Notes: generated by a model not told the origin, from the letters alone. Positions 37,208-47,972 are shown, numbered from the stretch's first letter. The stretch is 64,000 bases of DNA from Parvibaculaceae bacterium (GCA_965212385.1 OZ243109.1:354452-418451); one strand, 5' to 3'. Numbers and translations are program-made.

Positions 37208-37518
37208 GGGGATGCCTCACATCAATCAAAGTTGTACCGCCCAATAGCAGGGAGGCGTTTCATGCTGCGAGGAATACCCAAAAAGGTTTTCTCGTCCGTC
37301 AGTTTTGGGGGCGCAATTTGAAGCAAAAGAAAGGCGAATTTGACTCAAATTTTATGCGTCTCGACGGTCTCCTGAACACTAGGGAGGCGGGCCTCCCCGC
37401 AAGATAGAAACAATTTTATCTAAATCCGCATCTTTGGATTGAACTGCCTTTAAGAGGCACTGCGTAGTCTGTATCCGGTTTTAATCCCTGGCACGGGAGT
37501 GTTCCGATAACGGAGCAA

Positions 37519-39042
37519 ATGAATATGGATCAGATTAGCAATAGAGTGGCAGTTGCGGCACTAAGGTTGCTCGCGACGCTTGGTGAATTCCAGCGCAACA
37601 GAAAAGGCAATGTCGCCGTTATGTTTGCGCTTGCAATGATGCCGGTGGTTGCCGCAGCGGGTATCGGTGTCGACCTCTCGCGTGCCTATCTTGTTCGTGC
37701 GCATTTGACCCACGCTTTGGATGCTGCCGGACTTGCTGTCGCAGGTTCGCCAAGTGCGTCGGAAGACTATCTGGAGACCCTGGCTCAAGACTTCTTCAAT
37801 GCCAACTATCCCAATACCGAGATCGGCGTGCCCGGCGCGCTGCAGCTCACCGTGGGCGACAATGTCGTAACGCTGTCCGCGTCCGCCACATTGCCGACCG
37901 CGCTTCTGGGCATCTTCGGCATCGATGAATTGGATGTCGGCAATGAAATCGAAGTCACTCTGGAGACCAAAGGACTGGAAGTCGTTATGGTCCTCGATAA
38001 TACGGGCTCCATGTCGTCGAGTGGAAAAATCGGCGCGCTGAAAGATGCCGCTGAAAGCATGGTCAACATTCTTTTCGGTGAAGATCCCTCACCAGACAAG
38101 CTTCACATCGGATTGGTTCCGTTCGCTCACGGCGTCAATGTCGGGGCCGATTTCCCGCAAAGCGCGCTCGACATGACGGGTGCGTCGAGCATCCATGGCG
38201 AGAACTTTGATCCCGGCGAGACGAACATCTGGGACCTCTATGACGAGATCCAGAATCGGTCTTGGCCTGGCTGCGTAGAAGCGCGCCCGAACGGACTGGA
38301 CGAACTTGATACACCGCCCAGCGCTGGCAACCCGGACACACTATGGGTGCCTTGGTTCGCGCCGGACGAGCCAAGCGGGTATTCAGGCTACTACAACAAC
38401 TACCTGTCAGACGGCACATCCGGCAATCAGGACACGCGTCAGAGAAACGCAGACAAGTACGACGACGCATATGTGAGTTCGTCAAGCCGAGGACCGCAAA
38501 ACGGATGTGGCATGGAGCCGATCACGCCGTTGACCAACGACAAACAGGTCTTGCTGGATAATATCGATGCTATGAACGCGACCGGCGGCACGCTGATCCC
38601 AGTCGGCTTGGCATGGGGATGGCGTGTCATATCGCCAGACGCCCCCTTTACGGAGGGCAAGGACTACAACGACGTTGAGGTAAACAAAGCGATCATCCTG
38701 CTCACCGACGGCGACAATTGGCTCGGGACCAGGAACAACCACAACAAGTCCTACTACTCCGCCTTTGGGTATGTCTCTGAAGGCCGTTTGGGCACAACCA
38801 GCAAATCTGCGGCCCAGGCGGCGCTTGACCCGAAAACCTCTGACGTTTGCGAGAACATAAAAGCGGAAGGGATCCGGCTCTACACCATTACCTTCAAGGT
38901 CTCGAGTGACGATACGCGTGAATTGATGGAAGAGTGCGCAACGACACCCGCCCTCTACTTCGACTCACCGAGCAATGAGCAGCTGCAAACAGTCTTCCAG
39001 GCCATCGCCCGAGATCTGTCAAACCTGCGGCTCAGCCGGTAA
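37519..39042 (+). CDS. tadG: TadG-like pilus tip protein with vWA domain
   Basis: KGNVAVMFAL prepilin-like start; LEVVMVLDNTGSM MIDAS; GGTLIPVGLAWGW, IILLTDG and ELMEECAT...YF motifs. Confidence 0.85.
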   Translation: MNMDQISNRVAVAALRLLATLGEFQRNRKGNVAVMFALAMMPVVAAAGIGVDLSRAYLVRAHLTHALDAAGLAVAGSPSASEDYLETLAQDFFNANYPNTEIGVPGALQLTVGDNVVTLSASATLPTALLGIFGIDELDVGNEIEVTLETKGLEVVMVLDNTGSMSSSGKIGALKDAAESMVNILFGEDPSPDKLHIGLVPFAHGVNVGADFPQSALDMTGASSIHGENFDPGETNIWDLYDEIQNRSWPGCVEARPNGLDELDTPPSAGNPDTLWVPWFAPDEPSGYSGYYNNYLSDGTSGNQDTRQRNADKYDDAYVSSSSRGPQNGCGMEPITPLTNDKQVLLDNIDAMNATGGTLIPVGLAWGWRVISPDAPFTEGKDYNDVEVNKAIILLTDGDNWLGTRNNHNKSYYSAFGYVSEGRLGTTSKSAAQAALDPKTSDVCENIKAEGIRLYTITFKVSSDDTRELMEECATTPALYFDSPSNEQLQTVFQAIARDLSNLRLSR

Positions 39043-39064
39043 GAAAAGTTCAGTCAGACAAAGA

Positions 39065-39097
39065 AGAAGGGCGTCTCGAAAGAGACGCCCTTTTTTT
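39065..39097. terminator. Bidirectional intrinsic terminator between convergent genes
   Basis: AAGGGCGTCTC-GAAA-GAGACGCCCTT followed by a T run. Confidence 0.85.
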
Positions 39098-39118
39098 CTC
39101 GCCAATGAGAATAGAGCG

Positions 39119-39604
39119 CTAGTCCTGGCCACTGCTAGAAGATGCAACTTCGTCCGCGTAGCCTGTAATGCCGACGGTCGTTGCCAGCAAGTCATCTGTG
39201 GGTTTGGTTGCATCGGATGCGTCGATGACCCGCACACATCGGGGCTCACAAGAAAACGACGTCTGATCAGGACCCTTGTTGACGGTGATGATGGCGTCAC
39301 GGGGTGCCGTCACGTTGACATTAAGATTGGCAATTTGGCGGCCTGAGTCATCAAGGGCGATCAAGTTTGTCTTGCCGTAGGAACGCCCGAAGACAACCAG
39401 CGTATTATTGTTGCTGACAGATACGTCTGCTATCGCTGGGTTCCCGATGATCACGGTGGAGGCTGCGTGCCTCAGCGTGTGCAAGCTGGAATGGTTGACC
39501 TCCACTTTGAGATCCGCGGCCAAGACAGGTCCGGCCAAAAGGCTTGCGGTCAACGTGGCAGTACAAGCAGCAATTCGAAGGGGTCGCTTAAGAGCGTGCA
39601 TCAT
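39119..39604 (-). CDS. Secretin N-terminal-like pilus assembly protein (CpaI-like)
   Basis: Signal peptide; STVIIGNPAIADVSV...GRSYGKTNLIALD resembles the CpaC N-domain; C..RC motif; start uncertain (39601-39610). Confidence 0.8.
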   Translation of the reverse strand: MMHALKRPLRIAACTATLTASLLAGPVLAADLKVEVNHSSLHTLRHAASTVIIGNPAIADVSVSNNNTLVVFGRSYGKTNLIALDDSGRQIANLNVNVTAPRDAIITVNKGPDQTSFSCEPRCVRVIDASDATKPTDDLLATTVGITGYADEVASSSSGQD

Positions 39605-39813
39605 CTGCATAGGTCCTATTGCTGCGACCTCATGGTCACAGGAATGTTTGTTGGGTCTGCTGCGACTGTAGGGGTGAAAGGCTAAACGCTTTGCAAACAA
39701 AACAGTTTGTCGCAAATCGACTTGAAATCGGCCGGTGCGCGCCGGGCGGCTCAGCTTGCGCCTAAATGAGAACCAAAACGCTGCGTGCGGTGTTCCTGGG
39801 AAGTCATCTCTTT

Positions 39814-39974
39814 TTAACCAATCTATAAGCCACGCTAGCTGGAAGGATGATTTTATATTTGTAAATAGAAGTATTTGTACTGATCAATAAAATTTTAAAA
39901 TGTATTGAATAAAATTGTTGAAATAAAAAATCGAGATGCAGGGGATTTTTGTCTTCGGATTAACTTGGGGGTAA
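39814..39974. promoter_or_regulatory. Cluster of three CtrA-like boxes in the AT-rich pilin promoter region
   Basis: TTAA-ccaatct-ATAA (39814-39828), TTAA-aatgtat-TGAA (39895-39909), TTAA-cttgggg-GTAA (39960-39974). Confidence 0.65.
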
Positions 39975-40069
39975 GGCGCGGCCGATAGGTTGGGAGCGCT
40001 CAAAGACATGTGCCGAAAGGCGGTGGATTTGGGCTAGTGCTGTACTAAGAGTAAAATGAGGATCTAGTC

Positions 40070-40237
40070 ATGACAAAGTTTGTGAAGCATTTCGCGAAGA
40101 ACGAGTCCGGTGCGACGGCCATTGAATATGGTCTCATCGCTGCTGGTATCTCAGTTGCCATCGTCGGTATCGTTGGTACGCTCGGAACGAACATTCTGGC
40201 TGCGTTCACGACCGTTGCGAACAACATCTCTGGCTAA
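40070..40237 (+). CDS. pilA: Flp/type IVb (IVc) major pilin, 55 aa, absent from the ORF track
   Basis: Hand-translated MTKFVKHFAKNESG/ATAIEYGLIAAGISVAIVGIVGTLGTNILAAFTTVANNISG; Flp motif G/ATAIEY; GAGG RBS. Confidence 0.96.
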   Translation: MTKFVKHFAKNESGATAIEYGLIAAGISVAIVGIVGTLGTNILAAFTTVANNISG

Positions 40238-40299
40238 GCCGAGAGAGCGTTATCGCGACTGACTTCTCAAAGATCACTGCGAGAAGACACGTTCAAAGA

Positions 40300-40332
40300 G
40301 CCGCCGGCTGCACTTCGCGCCGGCGGTTTTTT
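40300..40332 (+). terminator. Intrinsic terminator after the pilin gene
   Basis: GCCGCCGG...CCGGCGGT stem followed by a T run. Confidence 0.7.
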
Positions 40333-40493
40333 CATGTCTCAGCGTCGCTGCCTAATGGACCTCAATAGGACATCCGTGTGCAGACAGAAAAACGCATCCT
40401 CTTTACGCGGTGTTTACACCCGCCACTCCATTCTCTCCCGAAGATAACCAGCCGAAAGTGCTTGTTTTCATTCAACTTTTAGGGGTTTGCGCT

Positions 40494-41000
40494 GTGCAGA
40501 TCATCGTCCTGACCATCCTACCGGCGCTCCTGATCATTGCTGCTGTCAATGATCTGATGACGTTCCGGATTCCCAATTGGATATCGTTGGCGTTGCTCGG
40601 CCTCTTTCTGGTGGTTGCGCCGCTCGCCGGATTGGGCTGGATGATCATTGCCAGTCACCTCGCGCTCGGTTTTGTGCTGCTGCTCGCAGGCATGGCGATG
40701 TTTGCCATGAACCTCTTGGGCGGTGGAGATGCCAAACTGTTGGCGGCAGTGGGACTATGGATGGGCTTGCCCGCCATGCCGGCCTATCTGGCTTGGGCGG
40801 CGATCGCCGGTGGGTTGCTGGCTCTGACCATTCTGATGTTCCGCCGGGCGCCCTTGGCGGCGGCGGTGGCTGAGACGCCATGGATCGCCCGTTTGCACGA
40901 CAAAGAAGCAGGTATTCCTTACGGGATCGCCCTGGCCGCGGGCGCGCTTATCGCGCTGCCGCAGACGGCTTGGTTTGCGCTCTTGGCGATGCCCGGCTGA
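40494..41000 (+). CDS. cpaA: Prepilin peptidase (A24)
   Basis: DLMTFRIPNW, GGGDAKL and IPYGIALA motifs; start estimated at GTG 40494. Confidence 0.92.
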   Translation: MQIIVLTILPALLIIAAVNDLMTFRIPNWISLALLGLFLVVAPLAGLGWMIIASHLALGFVLLLAGMAMFAMNLLGGGDAKLLAAVGLWMGLPAMPAYLAWAAIAGGLLALTILMFRRAPLAAAVAETPWIARLHDKEAGIPYGIALAAGALIALPQTAWFALLAMPG

Positions 41001-41075
41001 TCACTTCGATAGGAAACACAGACATGAAACAGGCTGCGAATGCGGGCTCTGGCTCACGAAAAAGGTCCTGAAAAA

Positions 41076-41090
41076 TTAACTATAAGTTGA
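41076..41090. promoter_or_regulatory. CtrA-like box upstream of cpaB
   Basis: TTAA-ctataag-TTGA, 61 nt upstream of the cpaB start. Confidence 0.5.
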
Positions 41091-41151
41091 TCGAAAAGTC
41101 GTTTGATAGAGGCAAAGCGACCTTTCACAGCCGGAAGAAGGTGGTGATCCA

Positions 41152-42000
41152 GTGAACGCGATGAGAATTGGAATATTGGCATTGGCTTTGGTCGCCGCTG
41201 GGCTCGCGGCGTTCCTGGCGCGCTCCCTTGTGTCCAATGAGGCACCGCAGGTAGCCGTGCCGCAAATCATTGAGCAGCCCATGTCCGAAGTGCTTGTGGC
41301 TGCCGGCGATTTGTCACTCGGTCAGCGTGTGAGCAAGGGCGATCTTGTCTGGCAACCTTGGCCGGAAGATGCGGTCTCCGATGCCTACGTGACGCAGGAT
41401 GTGCAGCCAAATGCCCTAGACGTGTTTGGCGGTGCGATCGCGCGCAGCCCTATCTTGGCGGGCGAGCCCATCACATCCGGCAAACTGGTCAGCTTCGAGA
41501 ATGCAGGCTTTATGTCGGCCCTTCTGTCACCGGGCATGCGCGCCGTTTCCACCAAAATTTCTCCGGAGACAGGTGCAGGCGGATTCATCCTACCCAATGA
41601 CCGCGTCGATGTGATCATGACAATGCGGCTGCGCGCTTCAACGTTTGGAGAAGATGGAGGCGGTAGCGGATATCGCAGTGAAACCATCCTTCGCAATGTG
41701 CGCGTTCTGGCCATCGACCAAACCTTCAAGGAGGTAGAGGGCGAGCAGGTTGTTGTTGGTAAGACAGCAACATTGGAGATGCTGCCATCTCAGGCCGAGG
41801 GTTTTGCATTGGCTGTGGCACAAGGCGAAATTGCCTTGGCATTGCGGCCATTGGCGGACAGCAGCCGCACAGATCAAGTGCCAACGAATGACGTTGCTGA
41901 GTCGACAAACAGTTCTTCCAACCGTCAGGGCGCCTCAATGCGCATCCTACGGTATGGCGCAGATACCACAGTAACAACAGTAGCTGGGGGAGGAAAATGA
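41152..42000 (+). CDS. cpaB: Flp pilus assembly protein CpaB/RcpC
   Basis: SAF domain; PGMRAVS, GGFILPNDRVDVI, ILRNVRVLAIDQ and TATLE motifs. Confidence 0.95.
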   Translation: MNAMRIGILALALVAAGLAAFLARSLVSNEAPQVAVPQIIEQPMSEVLVAAGDLSLGQRVSKGDLVWQPWPEDAVSDAYVTQDVQPNALDVFGGAIARSPILAGEPITSGKLVSFENAGFMSALLSPGMRAVSTKISPETGAGGFILPNDRVDVIMTMRLRASTFGEDGGGSGYRSETILRNVRVLAIDQTFKEVEGEQVVVGKTATLEMLPSQAEGFALAVAQGEIALALRPLADSSRTDQVPTNDVAESTNSSSNRQGASMRILRYGADTTVTTVAGGGK

Positions 42001-43502
42001 CCTGGATGGCTGATTATCGCTATCGCTTCCTGTCGCCGGAAAAAATCCGGAAGGCTACAGCGTTTGTGTTTCTTGGAGTGCTCTTTGCGGTTTCTGGTGT
42101 GACAACCAACGGCGTTGTTATGGCGGCCGGGGAGGCACAACTCGTCCGAATTACTGAGGGCGGTACAAGCACCGCGTCCCGCAGTCTTACTCTTGGCCTC
42201 AACAAAGCCGCCATTATTGAACTGCCGGTGGATGCGAAAGATGTGCTGGTGTCTAACCCGGCAATTGTCGACGCGGTGGTTCGCACGGCGCGCCGGACAT
42301 ATCTCATTGGTATGGAGATCGGACAGACGAACGCTTTCTTCTTTAATGCACACGGCGAACAGATACTCAATCTGGAAATCCGCGTGGAACGCGATCTCGC
42401 TGGCCTGTCCAACATGATTGCCCGGTTCTTGCCAAAAGCGCGTGTGAGTGTCGAAGCCGTGAATGACAACATCGTATTGTCCGGCTTTGTGCCCAACGCG
42501 GCGCAGGCTGCGCAGGCCCGTGATCTTGCCGCTCGTTTTATCGGGAACCCGGACAACATACTCAACATGTTGGCCATCGAAGGCAAAGAGCAGGTGAACC
42601 TGCGTGTGACGGTTGCTGAGATGCAACGCTCATTGATCAAGCAATTGGGCGTGGACCTCACCAGCTCTGTCGACCTCGGCAGTCTCGCTTTGAGTCTGGC
42701 GACAACCAACACATTCTCCATTCAAGGTAATCCTCTAGGTGGATTGACCACAGCGCCGAACGGCCTGCCGGCCACAGGCGGATCAGACCTTACGGGTGCG
42801 TTGACCGCCTTGGAGCGCGCAGGCCTACTTCGCACATTGGCAGAGCCGAACCTCACCGCAATCTCTGGGGAGTCCGCGAGCTTTCTCGCCGGCGGCGAGT
42901 TTCCGGTGCCAACATCGCAGGACCGGAACGGTAATGTGATCCTGGAGTTTAAGCCTTTTGGCGTGGGGCTGGGCTTTAAGCCCGTCGTGCTTGGGCGAGG
43001 CCGGATCAGCCTTCAAATCTCAACTGAGGTCAGCGAGCTAACAAGTGAAGGGTCCTTCGTTTTTGAAGGAAGCTCCGTCACAGACATAAATGGCAATGTC
43101 ATTCGGCAAGATGGTGTGACAGTGCCAGCTCTGCGTGTGCGCCGCGCTGAAACGACCGTTGAACTGCCAAGTGGCGGGTCCATGGTTATGGCAGGCCTGC
43201 TCTCTGAAACCACAAAGCAGAACATTGACGGTGTGCCCGGCATTAAAGATGTGCCGGTGCTCGGATCCCTCTTTCGCAGCCGTGATTTTCAAGACAATGA
43301 GACCGAGCTGGTTGTCATCGTGACGCCGTATCTTGTCGATGCAACAAGCCGCGATGAAATCGTCCTGCCGACGGATGGATACGCACCTGCGTCGGATCTG
43401 GACACCTTCCTGATGGGCCGCCTGAACGCCACCTATGGTGTTGCGGGTGAAGGAGGTGCGAACGGCGCCTTGCAAGGCCCTGTCGGTTTTGTCGTGGATT
43501 GA
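41997..43502 (+). CDS. cpaC: Tad secretin CpaC/RcpA
   Basis: QVNLRVTVAEMQR, LAEPNLTAISGESASFLAGGEFP, GSLFRSRDF and TELVVIVTPY motifs. Confidence 0.96.
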   Translation: MTWMADYRYRFLSPEKIRKATAFVFLGVLFAVSGVTTNGVVMAAGEAQLVRITEGGTSTASRSLTLGLNKAAIIELPVDAKDVLVSNPAIVDAVVRTARRTYLIGMEIGQTNAFFFNAHGEQILNLEIRVERDLAGLSNMIARFLPKARVSVEAVNDNIVLSGFVPNAAQAAQARDLAARFIGNPDNILNMLAIEGKEQVNLRVTVAEMQRSLIKQLGVDLTSSVDLGSLALSLATTNTFSIQGNPLGGLTTAPNGLPATGGSDLTGALTALERAGLLRTLAEPNLTAISGESASFLAGGEFPVPTSQDRNGNVILEFKPFGVGLGFKPVVLGRGRISLQISTEVSELTSEGSFVFEGSSVTDINGNVIRQDGVTVPALRVRRAETTVELPSGGSMVMAGLLSETTKQNIDGVPGIKDVPVLGSLFRSRDFQDNETELVVIVTPYLVDATSRDEIVLPTDGYAPASDLDTFLMGRLNATYGVAGEGGANGALQGPVGFVVD

Positions 43503-43518
43503 GGGAATGGAGAGACGT

Positions 43519-44199
43519 ATGACCAGATTGATCCTCACCCTTGCCGTTTCATGTGGGCTGGCTGCCTGTGGTGCCTTCAATGGCCGCGACGACGCGATGT
43601 TTGACGCGAGGCATCAGCATCCGATCAGCGTCGACCCGCAGGTTGTGACGCTGGAAATGAATGTACCCCAGGACAAGGTCGCGCTCAGCGTGGCGGACAA
43701 AGCAGCGATCGACGCCTTTGCGCGAACCTATAAGGCGCGGGGACATGGCGCGCTGACGATTGCCGCGCCAAGCGGGTCACCGAATGAAGCCGCGGCTGTA
43801 TCGATCGTTGCAGAGACACGTGCCGTGCTTGCCGATGCTGGCCTTACGGGCGCTGCTGTTGGGTATGCCGCCTACCGCGCCTCCTCGGCCAACAGCGCCG
43901 CGCCGGTCATTCTGACCTACCGGCGATATGTTGCGAGCGCCAGCCCCTGTGGCAATTGGACAGCTGACTATGCCTTCGCACCGAACAATAAGCGGACGCC
44001 GAACTTTGGCTGCGCAAACCAGAGCAACCTGGCTGCGATCGTGGCCGATCCCGCGGATCTGCTAGGCCCACGCGAATGGGACCCGGCTTACGCGCCGCGT
44101 CGGGATGAAGTGATTGAGAACTTTCGTATAGGTGAGGTGACGGAATCAGCGGAATCCGGCAACGCCTCGGGATCAGTGAGCGAAGTATCTGATGACTAA
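43519..44199 (+). CDS. cpaD: Pilus biogenesis lipoprotein CpaD
   Basis: Lipobox LAAC; CGNW, NFGCANQSNLAAIVADPADL and RRDEVIENFR motifs. Confidence 0.93.
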   Translation: MTRLILTLAVSCGLAACGAFNGRDDAMFDARHQHPISVDPQVVTLEMNVPQDKVALSVADKAAIDAFARTYKARGHGALTIAAPSGSPNEAAAVSIVAETRAVLADAGLTGAAVGYAAYRASSANSAAPVILTYRRYVASASPCGNWTADYAFAPNNKRTPNFGCANQSNLAAIVADPADLLGPREWDPAYAPRRDEVIENFRIGEVTESAESGNASGSVSEVSDD

Positions 44200-45481
44200 C
44201 GCAGAGCAAATCATACCGGAAGAACCCGTTTTCGAAGATGATTTCGATGACGAGGACGACGAGTTCGTTACGCACTCCGTCGTGAAGCCTGTTCCAAGGA
44301 TCTCTATTGAGGTTTTTTGTGAACAGCCTGATACCGGTGTCGTTATTCAACGCGCGGCGGAAGATCGCCGTCTGGCCAAAGCCCACTTGACCGTTCACAT
44401 GGGCGGTATCCCGGCTGCGGTCAAATATTACAAAGACACGGGCACGCCGAGCCTCATCATCGTGGAAACGGTTGAGGGCGGCGAAACGCTTTTCAAACAG
44501 CTGGGTGCGCTGGCGGAAGTCTGCGATGCAGGCACAAAGGTTGTGATTGTCGGTCACCTCAATGACATCACGCTCTATCGGGAAATGATCCGCCAGGGGG
44601 TCAACGAATATTTGGTGGCGCCACTATCGCCCATCCAAATCGTAGACTCCGTGGCACGCCTATATGCAGACCCGGATGCCCCTCCGATTGGGCGGTCAAT
44701 CGTCTTTCTGGGGGCCCGCGGCGGCGTTGGCTCCAGCACGCTGGCGCACAATGTGAGCTGGTGTATCGCGGAAGAAATGCGCGAAGACGTAACGCTGATC
44801 GACATGGACCTGCCATTTGGGACTGCCGGGCTCGATTTCAATCAGGACCCCGTTCAAGGCGTCGCTGAAGCACTTATGCAGCCGGAACGTCTCGATGATG
44901 TGTTGCTTGATCGGCTATTGGTGAAGTGCACGGATCGCCTGTCCATCTTTGGTGCCCCGGGCACCTTGGACCGCGACGAAGATCTGCTGCCGGAAGCCTG
45001 TGAGTCTGTGATTGAGACAGTGCGGGAGACATGCCCCTGTGTGGTTGTCGACATGCCTCATGTCTGGAATCGCTGGTCGCGGCAAACGCTTCTCAATGCA
45101 GATGAGATCATCATCACGGCGACACCAGATCTCGCAAGCCTCAGGAACACAAAGAACTTCCTGGATCTCATTAAGAAACAACGGACCAACGACGCGGCAC
45201 CGCATGTCGTGTTGAACCAGGTAAGCATGCCCAAACGGCCTGAAATTCCAGCCGAAGATTTCGCCGAAGCTATTGAGCAGGAGCCAACCCTGCTCTTGCC
45301 GTTCAATCCAGTTCTCTTCGGCACAGCATCTAATAACGGTCAGATGCTGCAGGAAATCGACCCCAAAAACAAAACGACGGCGGCAGTTCGTCATCTCTCG
45401 ACGCTGGTAACCGGTCGCCATGCGCATGTCGAAAAGAAAAAGGGCTTCCTTTCTTCGTTGCTCGGCGGAAAGAAAGGCTAA
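44192..45481 (+). CDS. cpaE: CpaE/TadZ receiver-MinD-like localisation ATPase
   Basis: N-terminal receiver-like domain; GARGGVGSST deviant P-loop; DMDLPFGT and VVLNQV motifs. Confidence 0.94.
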   Translation: MTNAEQIIPEEPVFEDDFDDEDDEFVTHSVVKPVPRISIEVFCEQPDTGVVIQRAAEDRRLAKAHLTVHMGGIPAAVKYYKDTGTPSLIIVETVEGGETLFKQLGALAEVCDAGTKVVIVGHLNDITLYREMIRQGVNEYLVAPLSPIQIVDSVARLYADPDAPPIGRSIVFLGARGGVGSSTLAHNVSWCIAEEMREDVTLIDMDLPFGTAGLDFNQDPVQGVAEALMQPERLDDVLLDRLLVKCTDRLSIFGAPGTLDRDEDLLPEACESVIETVRETCPCVVVDMPHVWNRWSRQTLLNADEIIITATPDLASLRNTKNFLDLIKKQRTNDAAPHVVLNQVSMPKRPEIPAEDFAEAIEQEPTLLLPFNPVLFGTASNNGQMLQEIDPKNKTTAAVRHLSTLVTGRHAHVEKKKGFLSSLLGGKKG

Positions 45482-45484
45482 CCA

Positions 45485-46951
45485 ATGTTCGGCCGGCGAG
45501 ACTCCGCAAACGGGCGATCCCCTTCTGCGCCCGCAGAGGGAAAAGCGCCACCTCCACCGCCTGCGAAGTCGGCCGCCCCGAAAGCGGCTCCGCCAGCGCC
45601 TGCCAAGCCGAAAATCTCGACACCAACACCGACGGCGCCTCAGCCAGCACCCGCGCATGTCGGCGCTGACGTCCGGTCGCCAGAATATTTCCAGACCAAG
45701 ACCACAATCTTCAACGCACTGATCGACACGATCGATCTCACACAACTGGCGCAGCTCGATACAGAGAGTGCGCGGGAAGAAATTCGCGACATCGTCAGCG
45801 AAATCATCGCTATCAAGAACGTTGTCATGTCCATCTCCGAGCAGGAGGACTTGCTTCAGGACATTTGCAACGACGTGTTGGGTTATGGCCCCTTGGAACC
45901 GCTTCTCGCGCGCGACGATATTGCCGACATCATGGTCAACGGCGCGGGCATTACCTTCATTGAGGTAGAGGGGCGCGTAGAACCGACCAACGTTAAATTT
46001 CGCGATAACTCGCAGCTCCTGAACATCTGTCAACGCATTGTAAGCCAGGTGGGCAGACGGGTGGATGAGTCGAGCCCGATCTGTGACGCGCGCCTCGCCG
46101 ACGGCAGCCGCGTCAACGTGATTGCACCGCCTCTGGCGCTTGATGGCCCGACACTCACCATTCGTAAGTTTCGCAAAGACAAGCTCACAATGGATGACCT
46201 CGTGAGCTTCAAGTCAATCTCACCGGAAGGGGCTGATGTGCTCGCCGTCGTCGGGAATGTGCGCTGTAACGTTCTCATCTCTGGCGGTACAGGCTCGGGT
46301 AAAACCACTTTGCTCAATTGTATGACCGGCTTCATCGATACGGACGAACGCATCATCACCTGCGAAGACGCGGCGGAGCTCCAGTTGCAGCAGCCTCATG
46401 TTGTCCGGCTTGAAACCCGACCCCCCAACCTGGAAGGCCAGGGCGAAGTGACCATGCGGGATCTGGTCAAAAACTGCCTTCGTATGCGCCCGGAGCGGAT
46501 CATCGTGGGTGAGGTGCGTGGACCGGAAGCCTTCGACCTCTTACAGGCCATGAACACCGGCCATGACGGCTCCATGGGCACGCTCCACGCGAACTCCCCG
46601 CGCGAGGCCCTGTCTCGTCTGGAGAGCATGATCACCATGGGCGGCTTCTCATTGCCGTCAAAGACCATCCGCGAGATGATTGTGGGATCCGTCGATGTGA
46701 TCATTCAGGCGGCGCGTCTGCGAGACGGGTCGCGGCGCATCACCCATGTCACAGAAGTACTAGGCACCGAGGGTGATGTGATCACCACCCAGGATCTCTT
46801 CATCTACGACATGGAAGGTGAAGACGATAACGGCAAAATCATTGGCCGCCACAAATCCACCGGCATTGCGCGTCCGGCTTTTTGGGACAAGGCGCGCTAC
46901 TACAATCAGCATCACAAGCTTTCCCAGGCGCTCGACCGGGCGCAGGACTGA
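45485..46951 (+). CDS. cpaF: Tad assembly ATPase CpaF/TadA
   Basis: [31 protein letters not shown] and [15 protein letters not shown] motifs. Confidence 0.97.
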   Translation: MFGRRDSANGRSPSAPAEGKAPPPPPAKSAAPKAAPPAPAKPKISTPTPTAPQPAPAHVGADVRSPEYFQTKTTIFNALIDTIDLTQLAQLDTESAREEIRDIVSEIIAIKNVVMSISEQEDLLQDICNDVLGYGPLEPLLARDDIADIMVNGAGITFIEVEGRVEPTNVKFRDNSQLLNICQRIVSQVGRRVDESSPICDARLADGSRVNVIAPPLALDGPTLTIRKFRKDKLTMDDLVSFKSISPEGADVLAVVGNVRCNVLISGGTGSGKTTLLNCMTGFIDTDERIITCEDAAELQLQQPHVVRLETRPPNLEGQGEVTMRDLVKNCLRMRPERIIVGEVRGPEAFDLLQAMNTGHDGSMGTLHANSPREALSRLESMITMGGFSLPSKTIREMIVGSVDVIIQAARLRDGSRRITHVTEVLGTEGDVITTQDLFIYDMEGEDDNGKIIGRHKSTGIARPAFWDKARYYNQHHKLSQALDRAQD

Positions 46952-46959
46952 GGCGGCTG

Positions 46960-47958
46960 ATGGATCAGACAACCCTCATAATCATAGGTGTGGCGCTTCT
47001 TGCAGCGGTGTGCATTGGGGCTGTTGGGTTCGCGTTTGCGGGGTCGAATGATACTAAATCCAACCAGCGCATGGCTCGGGTTGCCAACGGCAAAAGTCGT
47101 GGCAGGTCCGGCGATGGCAAGGAAGACGCGCAAGCCGACAATTCTGGCCCAAGGCGCAAGCAGGTTCAGGAAACGCTGAAGGAAATCGAAGCGAAGCAAA
47201 AGGCGGAAAAAGAGAAGTTGACTATCCGGCTGCGTCTCCAACGCGCTGGTCTCCAGATCACGCCAAGAACATTTTACATCGCCAGCACCGTGACAGGTAT
47301 GTTTGTCGCCGTCATCATTTCCCTCTCTGGTCTGCCGATTGGGGCAGCCGCGCTCGGCGGGTTTGCTGGCGGTTTCGGTGTTCCGCGGTGGTTTGTCAAC
47401 TTCAAGACAAAAAGACGTCAGGCAGCTTTTGTGGAAGAATTCGCCAATTCATTGGATGTCATCGTGCGCGGTGTGAAGGCCGGCCTCCCCATCAATGATT
47501 GTTTGAAGATCATCGCCAACGAAAGCCCGGAACCTGTGGGCAGCGAATTTCGGGAGCTGGTCGACGGCCAAGCCATGGGCGTGACGGTGGAGCAGGGCCT
47601 GCAGAAGGTCTATGAACGCATGCCGTTGCCGGAGGTGAACTTCTTCATGATTGTCCTAGCCATTCAGCAACAGGCGGGTGGTAACCTGTCGGAAGCGCTG
47701 GGCAATCTTGCCAATGTGTTGCGCGACCGCAAAAAGATGCGGGCAAAAATTCAAGCCATGTCTCAAGAGGCAAAGGCGTCGGCCGGCATTATTGGTGCGC
47801 TGCCACCAGGTGTGATGTTGCTCATCTACCTGACAACGCCTGAATATATCAGCCTGCTGTTCACCACCACTGCAGGCAACATGATCATTGTCGGCGGACT
47901 GCTCTGGATGGGCATCGGGATGTTGGTCATGCGAAAAATGATCAACTTCAACTTCTAG
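46960..47958 (+). CDS. tadB: Tad inner membrane platform protein TadB (CpaG)
   Basis: LDVIVRGVKAG, QQQAGGNLSEALGNL and KIQAMSQEAKASA motifs. Confidence 0.94.
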   Translation: MDQTTLIIIGVALLAAVCIGAVGFAFAGSNDTKSNQRMARVANGKSRGRSGDGKEDAQADNSGPRRKQVQETLKEIEAKQKAEKEKLTIRLRLQRAGLQITPRTFYIASTVTGMFVAVIISLSGLPIGAAALGGFAGGFGVPRWFVNFKTKRRQAAFVEEFANSLDVIVRGVKAGLPINDCLKIIANESPEPVGSEFRELVDGQAMGVTVEQGLQKVYERMPLPEVNFFMIVLAIQQQAGGNLSEALGNLANVLRDRKKMRAKIQAMSQEAKASAGIIGALPPGVMLLIYLTTPEYISLLFTTTAGNMIIVGGLLWMGIGMLVMRKMINFNF

Positions 47959-47972
47959 AGCGGGGACGATAA

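Noticed and set aside
45500-45670. Pro/Ala/Lys-rich quasi-repeats at the start of cpaF
   Set aside because: A low-complexity linker typical of alphaproteobacterial CpaF, not a DNA repeat element.
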